From Octopus vulgaris (lineage: Eukaryota), in contig OX597819.1 in assembly GCA_951406725.2 (NCBI GenBank), forward strand, positions 98,394,001-98,458,000: a stretch of 64,000 nt of DNA, given 5' to 3'. The notes under the pieces were generated by a model. The model saw only the letters and a list, made by a program, of their open reading frames with translations. It ran no database searches and was not told the DNA's origin. How positions within the stretch are numbered: position 1 is the first letter of the stretch; every line of letters begins with the position of its first letter. This document shows, piece by piece, positions 12,401 to 25,400 of the stretch. Position numbers and translations under genes: made by a program.

Positions 12401-15400
12401 CCTTTGTGTATTCATTTGTCTACTAGAAATAGCAGTCATATCTTCCTTGCATCTTAACAAAGACAGGATATATTGGATAATGTAATCATTGTCTAAAAAT
12501 AAAATGAGATGGTCATAAGTGGGACACTTTTGGCCACTGGTCAACTGGATTAAGGTTGACCTTGGGCTAAACAACAACAGTCACAATATGTTATAATTTC
12601 TCTCCTAACATGACATGCCATTTCCAGTTTGTAATTGTTTGACTGAACTCAATGATTCTGTATATGTATGAAGAGGAAATAAGGAATTTGTGACATTCAT
12701 ACCTTGCCTAAATGCATTAACATAGTAAATAAAATGAAGTGAAGCCAAACTTTATAATGATTGTCAAAACAAACTGAAGTATCTGTGTGTGTGATCATTA
12801 TTTAATGCCCATTGTCCATGCTGGTATGTGTTGGACAGTTTGACCAGAGCTGCACCAAACTCCAGTCTGATTTGGCATAGTTTCTACAGCTGGATGCACT
12901 TCCTAATAACAACCACTTTACAGAGTATGCTGGGTGCTTTTACATGATGCTTCACAGGCACTTTTACAGAATTATGGTGGTGGTGGTGGGGGGGGTCGTT
13001 TAGTTGACCATTGGAAATTAACACTTGTTGTGTTCAAAGAAAGGGAAAATCAAGAGTTGTGACATTCATGCCTTTCTCAGATACAATAGCAGTGAAATGC
13101 AATTCCTCCAGCAAGGGATTAAAACAGAGTTGTAGAGTCTTGTTAGTGAGAGCATATTGTCAGTCCACTGCATTTATCAATCTTTAAGTCACACTTAACC
13201 ACCCCTCTCTAGTTACCTAGTTCACCCATAGTCAAATCCTACCAGAACTGACTTTGTTGTTACTATGTGGTTGACCCCAAAAGACTTTCAGTGCTGCAGT
13301 TCAAGTTGAATTGGCAGAATTTCTTTGGTTCCTCTTGAGATTTGAATCTTCTGGGGAGAACTTAACCATGATGACTCAGCCTTAGTAAAGCAATTTACAT
13401 TCCATTACATTGAAAATGCTGTTCCCTTGGAACCCTGACTGATTATGTCTTTTGTCCCATTGGAGAGGCAATACATACCAGTGCCATACTGGAGTCCATT
13501 CAGTTATAACAACTTCTGTACATCATCACCATCAGTATTACTTTTTCTATCTTTTCCAGACTGTTCTGTGTGCTGCGAAATGAAATCCATGTGTTTTCTT
13601 TCCCCAATAACTCCACACATTTGTACTCATTCCGAACACGAGATAACTTTAAAGGTAACATATTCTTATATCACCTCTTACATGTTGCCCATTGATAGAT
13701 CACACTTCTGTATTGATGTGATAGATCAATGGTTAAGTACCTCAGTTACTATGCAACCAGTATTTTGTTAAACTGTTAGGCACATTACACAACTCAAATC
13801 AATTTTGGTATTCTACTTGACAACTGACTAATTTATATTTAGAAATGTAAATCAACTTTGATACATCCATTACAACTATTCTTTAAAACATGGATTTGTA
13901 GAGTTATTCAACCCCTATTTGTGTGAAGACAGAGATTTTATCAAGCTGTAAAACAGAGTATTGGATACTACTGTACCATTACTATTACTGTGTAACTTAA
14001 TAGCTTACTCATGTAGGAACTTGTGTAGAGTCATATCAAATCATCACTGGTTAGATATCACATAATAAACTATTTAACAGTCTGCTATGTATTGTTGTAG
14101 TCAGGGTTACTACAATTTCTCTCATAGGTCTTCCTTCTAGAAACTGTAAATCTCCACTTACTCTCCCCTATAGGGAGGTCTAATTAACCAGATGTCTAAT
14201 TAAGGACTATTATTTGCTTTTAGCAAACAAGTTTTCGCAGGCAACATTGCACTTTCTAGTTTAAGGGTTCAAATGTTACTGTTGTTGAATTTTTCTTTCA
14301 TTCTTCCAAAATTGATAGAGAAAATATCAGTTATACACTGGAGTTACATTCCCTTCCATTTCAAATACATGGAGACAAATACCTTCATTTCACTGGAATT
14401 TTTAACACATGAATACTAAAAGTGATGTCTATGATCTTTATATTCAGGAAGAAGATATCTTCCTGATTTAGATTGTTAGTCTTAAATACATCATGAAAGG
14501 TTATGAAATCCTTCTGTTTGCTTTATTACACTCTTAAAAATCATTACCAGTAACATTATATTATTGATGCAATATACTCCGTACTTCTTTACTGTAATAA
14601 TAAAAGATCTTATATCTAGGCAAAGAAAATTTTTGGAATGGATTGAAATAAATTTTGATTTTAATAAGTAAACCTTTGGATGTTTATAATAAATTAATCT
14701 TTACTCTTTTTCTTTGTGCAGGCTTATGTGAAATAAGTACACTTCGAGAAGTGGTTGTGTTTCCTGGTCACAAGTGTGGAAGTGTCGAAGTAGTGGTCAG
14801 TATTTTACTTGTGTTATTCAGTTCTAGCTTATAATATCACCAATCTAGAGAACTAATAAAGTCTTCATTGTAATGATGTCATGAGTTTGATGAGTGTGTA
14901 GTTCAATATGTCACCACTTCTCTTGACCTCGTGTCATTTTAACAGTAAAGCTCGACATCTCAAGAGTTGAACTCAACACTTTTTTCTCCATAGTACTTTT
15001 TCACCTAGAGCCCAATGACTATTTACATTACATATTGATACCAGTGTGGTTGTGATTCCAATATACAATGATTTATGCCATTATGTAAACCTTCTCTAAC
15101 CACATTTAGAATCTTTCATACAAATCACTATTACACATTTAGTAAAGGTGGCAAGCTAGCAGAATCATTTTGCACATCAAGCAAAATGCCTAGTGGTATT
15201 TCATCAGTCTTTATGTTCTGCATTCAAATTCTGCTGAGGTCAACTTTGCCTTTCATTCTTTTGGAGTCGATAAAATAAGTACCAGTTGACCACTGGGGAC
15301 AATGCAATCAAATTACCCACATCCCCTGTACTTGCTGGGCTTGTGCTTAAATTTGAAACCAATATTACACATCTAGTAAACTATGTTCAGTTTATTTCTT

Positions 15401-18184
15401 CCCCAGTCTCCACAGCTCTTACAATACTCATCACACGTGTCTTATTACCATGTAGCATCCGCTTCTCTTACACGCATCATATAGTCTGCAAAGAAATCCA
15501 TTGCTGTCAACTGAACAGCTCCCATCACTTTCTTCTCTCTCTTACTTTCACTGCAATCATCTCTCAGCACTAATTATGTCACCTTTCCACCTTTCTACTT
15601 CTAACAAGTTATCTAAGCATTTCATTGAATTAAATGTGGTGCTGAATGTCAACAAAATTCTCTCTGTGTCTTGGCAGATATAAACTGCTTATATTTTATG
15701 TATTCACCTCTTTTGTTTTATGCTTGTACTTCAAAATACCACCGTCAGTGGCAGTTGTTTTAGTTGCTCCAACAGCTGCTTATCCTCCCTCACAGTAAAT
15801 ACTTTGTTGTGAACTAGCCCTGGCACGTACTTAAAAGCTGTTGTAACATTTGAACATATAACCACATAGCCAATCGTCTAACATCTTAGCGTCAAGGTTA
15901 TTGTGATGCTATGAAAATACATAAATTTCCAAAACAAAGTGTCATATTGTTGGTAAAATATGAAAGTGTTTGTAAACTTTCAGAACACCAAGACAATTTT
16001 GTAGAGGACTTGGTATTTTTTGTAAAGAGAAAGAAGGGGATGTGGTTAGCACTTAATGTTTGAGATTTCCAGTCATTCATCAATTGTTGTTTTGTTTCTG
16101 TCTTTCTTCAGGACTTGGAGAAAGTTCAGCCAGGGCAGTCAGTATGTCCGGTGATGATCAGTGCTCACCAGAATGAGCTGGCTTCTTTGGCTTTGAACCA
16201 GAGTGGCTCTATTTTGGCCACAGCCTCACGCAAGGTAAATATGATTTGGTTATGATTTTTTTTTTTGTGATACACCAAAATACCAATATTTGTTCTTGAC
16301 AATATTTTTGATTTCTGTAAATTAATAAGTGACACAGAATTTCAAGCCTTTCAAAGACCAGGTTCTTGAATCAGTAAAGATGTAAAGAAGTGCGACCAGA
16401 AAGTTTTACCATCAGGAATAGTTTTAATCTTGCTGGATACCTTGTAGCATTAAAACTTAAAATGAATGAACAAAGTGCCAGGGTTTAATTAAACAAATTT
16501 TAACTGACCAAGAAGCTATTAGTCTGCTTTGAGTGATTCAGTACTTGTTATATAATGGTCATGTAGCACTGACTCCAGCTCTATCAGGAGATATGTGACA
16601 CACGGTTGTTGACTAATCATGTAGAAATTCACCACCGGTTTGTCACTTCAAGTATCTTGATGTATTGTTCACCAAGCAGAATGTACATCAGGTTCTTAGT
16701 TCCATCCCTTTCTGCTGCAGTTTGGGCAGGTGTCTTCTCCCATAATTTTGAGTCAACCCAACACTTGTGAACTCTCTCTCTTTGCTATGCCTACAGGAGT
16801 CAGCAATCATAGACTTCTATGTTGTAGTCTCAAGCTACATGGCCTTTCTTAACAAAAATACAACACTGGTGTTTCCCATTTCCATCTCCTAGATTATTTA
16901 CAGCTTGGTCTGCTAATCTCCTATGCTCCCAAGCTTTACAGGGCCTATTTAATCCTTAGATAGAGAGGCTGGCTCTAATGACACACTGGTGGGCCTGTGT
17001 AATACATGTCTGGAGTGGGGGGGGGGCAACCCTTCTTTGAGTGCTGTATATCTTAGCCATAGGACCATCTTCTATTATTTAATCCATAACATATGCTTTA
17101 ATGAGGAAATAGTTCTGTTCATCAAACGACTTTAACATTTTTAAATCAACAAGAGAGTCCATATTTATTTGTTCTTACACCTTGATATCATGCAGTGATT
17201 GGATGGTTGTCCCAATCAATGTATGTTGAATTTCTTTTGACACCCATCCTGTTTCAGCATATTTCAACACTCCGGTACATTTAGGTGGCCTAATTTTATA
17301 TTTCAGTGGTGATGGTCACCACTCTAAGGACTGATATTTATTGTCGTTGTTTAGCCAAAGAGAATAAGCTGTATCTTTGGACAAAGTGCATGAAATTATT
17401 GCTGCTTCAGCCTCAGGCCAGCCCTGATCCAGGAGATTTATGATCACAAATGTTCCAGCTATGATCCTTATCTTTTTCAACCATAGTGTATCTAAGACTA
17501 CCTTATCTACTGTGTCCTTTCATTTTTAAAACTGATGGTAGGAATTTGAGATTAGATTCAGCTATTATTTCCAGTAGTTTGTGTAACCACAAAACCATTC
17601 TGTCATCGTATAGAATTGATACTTTTAACTAAAAGGATGGAATTGGAGTGGCATCAGTTTTGTAGAATTTATGTAATCAAAGAAACATTAATTTGTGTAT
17701 TTTTTTCAGGGTACACTGATACGGGTGTTCAATGTTTATAACAAACAGCTGCTGGTTGAGCTTCGCAGAGGTTCTGATACTGCAACTTTATACTGGTATG
17801 TACCTCACACAACTTATGAACTCTGTCCTTCCCTGAAATGCACCAAACTACTTAATGTACTTGACACTGGATAGTTATACTGTTATATAGTCTACATATG
17901 TAATTGTGTGTATGATGGACTCTCCTATAAAAAGATGATGTATTAGCATTCAGCTACTACCGAATAACCTGCACAAATGATTTGTTTATAGGAATCAAAT
18001 GTTTCTGTCACACATTGGCTCACACTCTCCATCAAATTGACATTGTCCGAACATGTGCACTGTGTACCGCATGTCAGGTGTCGAAGTGATTGTTCAAGAA
18101 CACAACACACCACCCAGTCTAGGAATTGAAACCATGATCTCGCGATCATGAGTGCAACACTCTAACCAATAGGCCATACATCCT

Positions 18185-18223
<39 letters not shown>

Positions 18224-21200
18224 CATCACATATCTATATATTTGTATCATAATCATCATCAACATCATTATTATCACCATTTCACATCCATGTTCCATTC
18301 TATCATAGATTGGGTGATTTGACTAGTAACTGCATCACGCTCCACTGTTTTCTTTGTTATGATCCCTTTGATTGGATACCTATTTCTTTATTACCCACAA
18401 GGGGCTAAACATAGAGGGGACAAACAAGGACAGACATAGGTATTAAGTCGATTACATCGACCCCAGTGTGGAACTGGTACTTAATTTATCGACCCCGAAA
18501 GGATGAAAGGCAAAGTCAACCTCGGCGGAATTTGAACTCACAACGTAACGACAGACGAAATACTGCTAAGCATTTCATCCGGCGTGCTAACGTTTCTGCC
18601 AGCTCGCCGCCTTCAATTGGATACCAACCACTTTACAGGACTAGTGAGGTTGCTGTCCAGCTTATAAGAATAGATCCCCTGCCCAATTTGCGCTAGTATA
18701 AAAAGCAAACATAAAATGATGATGGTGATGGTAACACACACACATACACAAGCATATTTTGGTTACAGTCAGGATGCTACTGCACCTATTCTGACCCTAT
18801 TCCCATAATTCCTTTATACATATCTGTATATATCTTTCCATGCATGCATGCATCTACCCATACATACATATCTGCATATCCATCTACCCACCCCTGAGGA
18901 CAAAGAAATAAGAACCCACAGTGTGGTGGAAGTCATAGCCTCTCATAATAAAAAGGAATACTGGTGGAATGTCCCAGTGAAAACCTCAATAAAATATAAA
19001 CACAATAGACTTGACATAATGATTTGGGATAGAGAAGAGAAAATGTGTACAGTTGTGGAAATCAGCTGCCCAGCGGATGTTAACATAAAGCTGAAGATCA
19101 GTGAAAAAGAGAATACCTACACTGAACTATTGAAAAATCTGCAGTTACTCAATCCAGATTACAAGTTCAGGTTTATACCTGTAACTATTGTGGCATTGGG
19201 ATATGTAACACATTGCTTAAATGCCAATCTTGAGAAATAAGGCTTCTCAAAACCAGAAAGGAGACAGCTGATTCGAAGACTACAGATCCAGACCATCATT
19301 GCAACTGTAAAAATCTGTAAAACCTCCCAGAAGTTTATCATTTAAGTATATCTGAGCATGTCTAGATATGCAACTGTATGCATGAGAATACATACATAAA
19401 ACGAACATACAAATCTGCATGTATACATACATATAAAAATACCCTGTTGATGTTGTTGAAATCCCAATGACGGAATCTTGGATCTAGGTTAGAAACTAAC
19501 TCTCTCTATTGGCAAGAAATATTGAAATATAACTGAATAATGACATGCATACATACACACATGTATATACACGCATATAAATACATATACATATTTCCCT
19601 CATAACCATGAACCATGCTTGTATTTATCATGTTCTTATTTGTAATTCTCTATTTTCTATTTCTTACCAGTATATCTTTTAGTCATGATTCTGCCTTCTT
19701 GTGTGCCTCCAGTGACAAAGGGACAGTCCATATATTTGCTATCGAGGACACAACACTTAATAAAAGATCTACGTGAGTTCAGTTTCTAATAGTGTGTTAT
19801 AATTGCTTGGTCTGGAGTATCATTATTACTTTGTCTGTTAAATCACTACATGTATGCTAGAGTAAGGGTTTGATGAGTCTTTAAATTTTAATATGGAGCA
19901 TGTGTAGTTACCATCCAGACAGCTATAGCAATGCTCCACAAACTTTTTTCACTTATATTCTTTTAAAAATTTGCTAGCACACCTGAACTAAGAATATAAC
20001 TAAAGGTATAGAGAATAAAAGTTATATTTAGGTTACACTGCAACACACCTAGCATTGTCTTGTGCTCAACTGTGTGCTATGGCATACCTGTTGCAGAGCA
20101 CTGAACTATGGTATCTATTCTTGGATGACTTAGTGTTGTATAATGGCTGTGATAGGGTTTGAATCTAATTTGTTACAAAGTAAAATGGATTCTCATTAGT
20201 TTCAACAGGGTATATTCCAGTAGTTTGATCACCTGCACTCCTTATTCATTGAATTAGCGTATAAGTGGCTGAGTATTCTACATGTGCATGTACCCTTAAT
20301 GTAATGCTCAGACAGGATTATCAAGATGCAGTGTGTAGTAAAGCTGGGCCTTTACTACACACTGTGTAGTAGAACTTAGGCAAATAGGTTATTTTTTATT
20401 AAGCATAACTAGTGCTGGAACTTTTTGATACCACCTCATAGCAAACCAGAGGGTTGTGCTAAGCTCCACTGCCTGTTTTTGCATGGCTTCTATGGCTTGG
20501 TGGCCTTCCTAACATTAACTGATACATGTTAATTTAAAAATAAGGATAAAAATAACTTTTTATACATTATAATTTATAAATTAATTTTGTCTTGTTATTC
20601 ACTTGATATGTTGATTCAGCAAGACTAAGGATATATGTATGTAAGAAAAGTGAGTACCACTAGTCTAAGACAAGTAAGTGGAACAAGTAGAACAAATTAC
20701 AATTCAGTTAGTGTTAATGAGAATATAATACCTCCTTAGAAATAATTAGCTAATGAGCAAAATACAGCATTAGCTCAATTATAATATTTCTTTAATCATT
20801 TGGATAACTTGTTCATGTTAGATACTAAAAATTTTTTGCTCTCATACTTCTGTTGAAATACATTGGCTTTGTTTCAAATAATTTTGAAAATAATGAAGAA
20901 TTTATCAAAAGAACTTTCATTAAGCTGACATTCAGGAACATAAATTAGCATGGCATTTTGATGGAAACTATTAGTTTAAATCACTTTAAAATGAAATGTT
21001 TGTATTGTAGAGCCAGAGGTAGTCTTACACAGATTAGTATGAAAAGGGTTAATGTGCACTACATTAAATATCTCGACCCTAATTTAACTATTATTTTTCA
21101 TGCAGAAGGCATGTCTGGGTAAATAACTTCTGTGACTTTTTTTAAATATGGTAGGCTTTCATGCCTAATTGTATTCCACATCATTTTAGTGGACAACCAA

Positions 21201-21659
21201 TGTTGGTGTGCTTACATCCCCATAACGTAGCAGTTTAGCAAAAGAGACTGATAGAATAAGTACAAGGCTTACAAAGGATAAGTCCTGGAGTCGATTCGTT
21301 CATCTAAAGGTGGTGCTCCGGCATGGCCGCAGTCAAATGACTGAAACAAGTAAAAGAATATTTCACTAAAGTTGTCCTTTCCTCACCACATAATTCTTTC
21401 TAGTTTGATAATTAATGCTCATTAAATTAAAATGTTAACACTCATTTAACTATTGCTATTCATACAGATAGCATCTCTGAGTAATTAAGCATTATTTTTG
21501 TTTTTTGTTTTCACGTAGCTGCAGTTTTGCATTTTATATTATCAAAGTTTAAAGCAAAAGACTATTTTCAGCATTCCATAATGACTGGAAGCTAAGTTTC
21601 AATTGTAGAAGTTCAGTTAGTAACTAGTAAAAGGACGACTTGCTTGAACACACACACAA

Positions 21660-21690
<31 letters not shown>

Positions 21691-22414
21691 CAAAGTATTT
21701 CATTTATTGATAATGATTGTGCTGTTTGTTTTTATTCCAGTTTCAAAAAAATGGGCTTTCTTGGTCAGTATGGTGAGTCGCAATGGGGCCTTGCCAACTT
21801 CACTGTTCCAGCAGAATGTGCTTGCATTTGTGCTTTTGGCTCAGGAAATTCTGTTGTTGGTAAGAATTGTATTTTATAGTTAACTGGACATAGAAGATTT
21901 TTTTTGTTTTTTTCTTCCTTTTTGTATTTTGTTTTGCCTCTCATTTTATCTATGGGTTTAGTTTTGTCTGCAAATTGTTGAAAATAGCACTGACACATTG
22001 CTTTGGTTATTCATTCTTGCATAGTTCAGTAGTTAAACCATTGTCTTATGATCATGAGTCCAACATCCTAACCACTAAGCCATGCATCTCACACACACAC
22101 ACATATATATCTTGCTGTTGAAAATGTCCACTCTACAGAGTGGTTGGTGTTATGAAGAGCATCCTGCCGAAACAGCCTCCTGTCAACCATACATAAATAT
22201 ATATATTCTTTTTATATCAGCTACTTCTTACTTGCTACCTGTTTAGTATAAGATTCTGAATTTCTGTTGTTTTTTGTTATTTCATCTTTTGTCCTTTTCC
22301 ATTCCAGCCGTGTGTGTCGATGGGACATTTCACAAATACAGTTTCACAACCAGTGGTAGTTGTAACCGGGAAGCCTATAACATCTTTCTGGACATTGGTG
22401 ACGATATGTACTAA
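2345..22414 (+). CDS. WDR45: WD repeat domain phosphoinositide-interacting protein 4 (WIPI4/WDR45), complete CDS: join(2345..2390,8018..8092,9738..9842,10901..10997,13560..13654,14722..14795,16112..16234,17710..17795,19671..19772,21741..21859,22308..22414)
   Basis: 11 exons with GT-AG ends and consistent phases sum to 1029 nt (342 aa + stop). Translation has [23 protein letters not shown], the PROPPIN LRRG motif, [24 protein letters not shown] and [10 protein letters not shown], colinear with human WDR45 as recalled. Confidence 0.96.
4705..4924. mobile_element. piggyBac-type MITE
   Basis: TTAA on both sides (4701-4704, 4925-4928) and CCCTTTAG...CTAAAGGG termini; related degenerate copies near 230-440, 6745-7072 and 8157-8356. 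Confidence 0.8.
4960..5207 (-). mobile_element. Probable non-autonomous Helitron-like fragment
   Basis: Minus strand begins ATCTGTTATATAAAAT followed by CTGTCTGTGTGTC and CCGATTGTGCTCAAAATT, a layout typical of invertebrate non-autonomous Helitrons; CpG-rich relative to the flanks. Confidence 0.4.
6428..6730 (-). mobile_element. tRNA-headed element carrying a hammerhead-ribozyme-like motif, Penelope-like architecture
   Basis: Pol III A box (6644-6659) and B box (6605-6616) on the minus strand, (AAT)n, hammerhead core at 6474-6519, and a 23-bp inverted copy of the tail (6428-6450 vs 6673-6695). Confidence 0.7.
6474..6519 (-). ncRNA. Minimal type I hammerhead ribozyme motif
   Basis: GACAC-CUGAAGA-A-GGCUG(loop)CAGCC-GAAA-UGUU-GUGUU on the minus strand. 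Confidence 0.65.
8018..8092 (+). CDS. WDR45: WDR45 coding exon 2 ([25 protein letters not shown])
   Basis: tttcag acceptor, gtaagt donor, 75 nt, phase 1-1. Confidence 0.95.
9738..9842 (+). CDS. WDR45: WDR45 coding exon 3 ([35 protein letters not shown])
   Basis: atttcag acceptor, gtaata donor, 105 nt; inside track ORF 9713..9958. Confidence 0.95.
10901..10997 (+). CDS. WDR45: WDR45 coding exon 4 ([32 protein letters not shown])
   Basis: Polypyrimidine tract + cag acceptor, gtgagg donor, 97 nt. Confidence 0.92.
11665..12000 (+). mobile_element. tRNA-derived SINE (family also at 45815-46135)
   Basis: Head GGTCAGTGGTTAGAGC...GAGTTTGATTCCC; body repeated at 45815-46135 and in part at 63375-63435. 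Confidence 0.75.
13560..13654 (+). CDS. WDR45: WDR45 coding exon 5 ([32 protein letters not shown])
   Basis: ttttccag acceptor, gtaaca donor, 95 nt. Confidence 0.92.
14722..14795 (+). CDS. WDR45: WDR45 coding exon 6 ([25 protein letters not shown])
   Basis: tgtgcag acceptor, gtcagt donor, 74 nt. Confidence 0.93.
16112..16234 (+). CDS. WDR45: WDR45 coding exon 7 ([41 protein letters not shown])
   Basis: tttcttcag acceptor, gtaaat donor, 123 nt. Confidence 0.95.
17710..17795 (+). CDS. WDR45: WDR45 coding exon 8 ([28 protein letters not shown]), phosphoinositide-binding LRRG motif
   Basis: ttttttcag acceptor, gtatgt donor, 86 nt. Confidence 0.96.
18380..18612 (-). mobile_element. tRNA-derived SINE (family also near 1765-1940, 15145-15360, 27580-27790, 43430-43643, 48215-48425, 61451-61682)
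   Basis: Head GGCGGCGAGCTGGCAGAAACGTTAGC...GAGTTCAAATTCCGCC and body CTTTCATCCTTTCGGGGTCGATAAA recur at the listed positions. Confidence 0.8.
18895..19545 (+). mobile_element. 3' end of an RLE-endonuclease non-LTR retrotransposon (R4/Dong-like)
   Basis: Track ORF 18848..19240 contains [10 protein letters not shown]...[23 protein letters not shown]...[10 protein letters not shown], the restriction-like endonuclease pattern; in-frame stop then a 3'UTR. Confidence 0.75.
19671..19772 (+). CDS. WDR45: WDR45 coding exon 9 ([34 protein letters not shown])
   Basis: ttaccag acceptor, gtgagt donor, 102 nt. Confidence 0.96.
21741..21859 (+). CDS. WDR45: WDR45 coding exon 10 ([40 protein letters not shown])
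   Basis: ttccag acceptor, gtaaga donor, 119 nt; inside track ORF 21640..21879. Confidence 0.96.
22308..22414 (+). CDS. WDR45: WDR45 final coding exon ([35 protein letters not shown])
   Basis: attccag acceptor, TAA at 22412-22414. Confidence 0.96.
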
Positions 22415-25400
22415 TGCTGCAACTCTATAGACATTGAGGATTATGAGCAGCAAAATTGGAACTTTATGGATATTAGGAGCTTTCTGAACATCAGGAATTC
22501 CGTATATTAAGACTTGAGACTTCTGACAAGTGCAGAAATTCTGCTTTCTTTGTAGCAATGTTTATCTAATCTTGCTATTGAAAATGTTTATTTTTTTGTT
22601 TGTTTTTTTAGACAACTCTCTCCCTCCTCCTCCTCCTCTCTCTCTGCTATATATATATATATGTATGTATGTATGTATAACTTCTACAGAGAGCTACATT
22701 TTTCTCCCATCTGTTTTTTAAATAACTCCCATCCAAGCCTTGTTGAATAATAAAACCTCCCTTTCCTTCTGTGTATGCATGAATGTACACACATATAATT
22801 ACATGTGCTGTGCACACAAACATATGCATGAGACATGTACACATCTGCATAATACATGTGCATCGACACGCATTTCACTTAGCTGTACATATATTTAGGT
22901 GTATATCTATTTAGATGTGTATGCCTGTGTGAGTGATAGATAAATATATACATATATTTATTTATTTATGTGAGTTTTATATATATATATATGTTTGTGT
23001 GTGTGTATCTACATATGTGTGTGTAGAAAATTAATGTAGACAGCAGTTTGCAATGTTTCACTAAAAAAGAAAACTATAATTAATTATCATTAAATGTGAC
23101 AAGGGTGTTAGAAACACCTATATTGCTAGAAACAGTATTTTCGGACAATTACAATCCCTGTTATTATATATGTATAAAATTGTGTGCTTTGACTGCAGCA
23201 TTAGAGCATTTTAGCTCTTATTTCTAGCAATGTAGGTGTTTCCAACACCTTAGTCACATTTTGTGACAATTATATAAATATATATATACACACTTGTATG
23301 TATACATTTCTATATGTGTATCACCTAATGATTATATGGTGTGAAAGGTATGCAGTGAGAAAGGTATTTTGATTTTAATAAAGTGTGTGTTTGTTTGTGT
23401 GTGTGTTTAAATGTATATTAACTGTAAACAAACCCATTCTATGGCTGAAGAAGGCATCTTCCAAAAGACAATGTTTGATATCTTCTTAAAAAAGAAATAC
23501 TCATTCTTCTTCATCTGTCCATATGTAAAGAAACCAATCACAGATGTTTGTATTAAATGTTGGAGATGAATCAGCTACAAGCTACAGACACATAGATTGT
23601 AAGTTTATATCCTACTGCCATATTCTTTGTTTCGGTTGACTGTTTCAGGCAGAGTTACTGTTTTAGAATAGTGTCCTATACAATGGAAACACTTTTCACA
23701 TGTCCACTTCAGCTGTACACCTTAGCCATAGCTCGGCACTAACTCTGCCAGCTTCTGTGGATTGGCAAAAGATCCAAATCTTTTGTATTATGTTATCTTG
23801 GTTTTGTTGTTAAATTTTTAATTTTTATATAAGTGTTCGGTAGACAGTTCATTGTCTTCTTCCTTCCTAACCTGACTATATCACCATTATTTTTATTTCT
23901 CTGAGTGTATAATTTCATGTGTGTATAAATATATATATTGATAGATATATTTACATACATATAATACACACCATGTGCATATGCATGTGTGTATTTATGT
24001 GTCTCTCCCCATAATTTGTTTGTGTGCTTAAATATATATGTATTTTCATTGATGAATACTTGTGTGTGTGTGAGTGAGCACAGTTGGTAGAGTTGCAATA
24101 TTAAGTAAATATATATTTTGATATCTGTTGTGAATGGTATATTTTTGCAGTAGAAACCTTCTAAAGACTCTTCATGATATAGATAACTGGCACCAACCTA
24201 TGTCCTATTAAAGTTGCAACCATTTCTATTGCTCATTCATATTTGGATCTCTGACATGATACTCACATGTTTTGACCATTATCTGTGACATTCTTATGTC
24301 TTTAAATTTTGCCAAATGCTCTGATATCTGCAAGATGTTACTCTTGAACATCATTAGAGAAACATATTTAATCTGGTGTATGATAATGAATTGTTTGTAG
24401 TATACATTTGGATGTGTCTACTTGATAACAGTTTATTATCAAGTATTCGAGATAGCCAGCAGATTGCAGATCTGTAGAGCATTGGCATTATGCCATGTTG
24501 AATATTTGAATATTTGCATGCTAAAAAATAGAAAGGTGTATGATAGAAATTTAGATGTGAAATACTATGAACTATTAGTGATAATTGTATCACATGTAAG
24601 AGATGTTTGAGATATGACTGATGTACCTTGGTACCATAACAATCTGTTAGGGGTAGAAATATTTAGAGAGTTCGTACTAAGAACTTTTTATGTTGCAGTG
24701 TGCATGCTTTCAAATGGCCAGTTTAATTTTTAAAGATCAAACACAAAAATAGAGGATCCAGTATATTATTGCATAACATGTATGGAAATAAGAAAACTCC
24801 ATACTGCAGACTTATCCAACTCTGCTAATATGGAAAACTGGATATTAATTAGCAATCATGATAAATGCTTAGATGAAACAGGGTGGATGAAGGATCCATT
24901 ACTGTAGGCTCTGAAATCACTAGACTTCTTGTTATTTTTGCCATTTTTCGTCTCCGTCCCCCAATAATGGCTACAGAGTGTCACTTGTTGCAAGCATTTC
25001 CTATTTGAGTTTCCAGTGATTTGTAAAGACATTTCAATAGTTTATCTTGTAGTTGTTGCTGTTGTTATTATTGTTGCTGTTGTCCATAATTGTTTTGTCT
25101 TCACATCTCTGCCATTCCTGTTGTTAATTATGTTTTATATTCATCCTTGCTGTTACTGATATATTGTTAATCCATTTCTAACTAGAGGACTTTCCTTAAA
25201 CATAACTCTATGTAGCTTGTACACACTCAGTTTGTTATGTATGTATATGTATCTTTTCAGGTACACACATTTGCATGTATGAATATGCGTCCTCACACAA
25301 ACACACACGCATACAAGGACACAAGTGCATGCATGTGCATGCACACACATATGCATGCACCCACACACACATACACAAATACAAGTATAGTGATTTGTTT

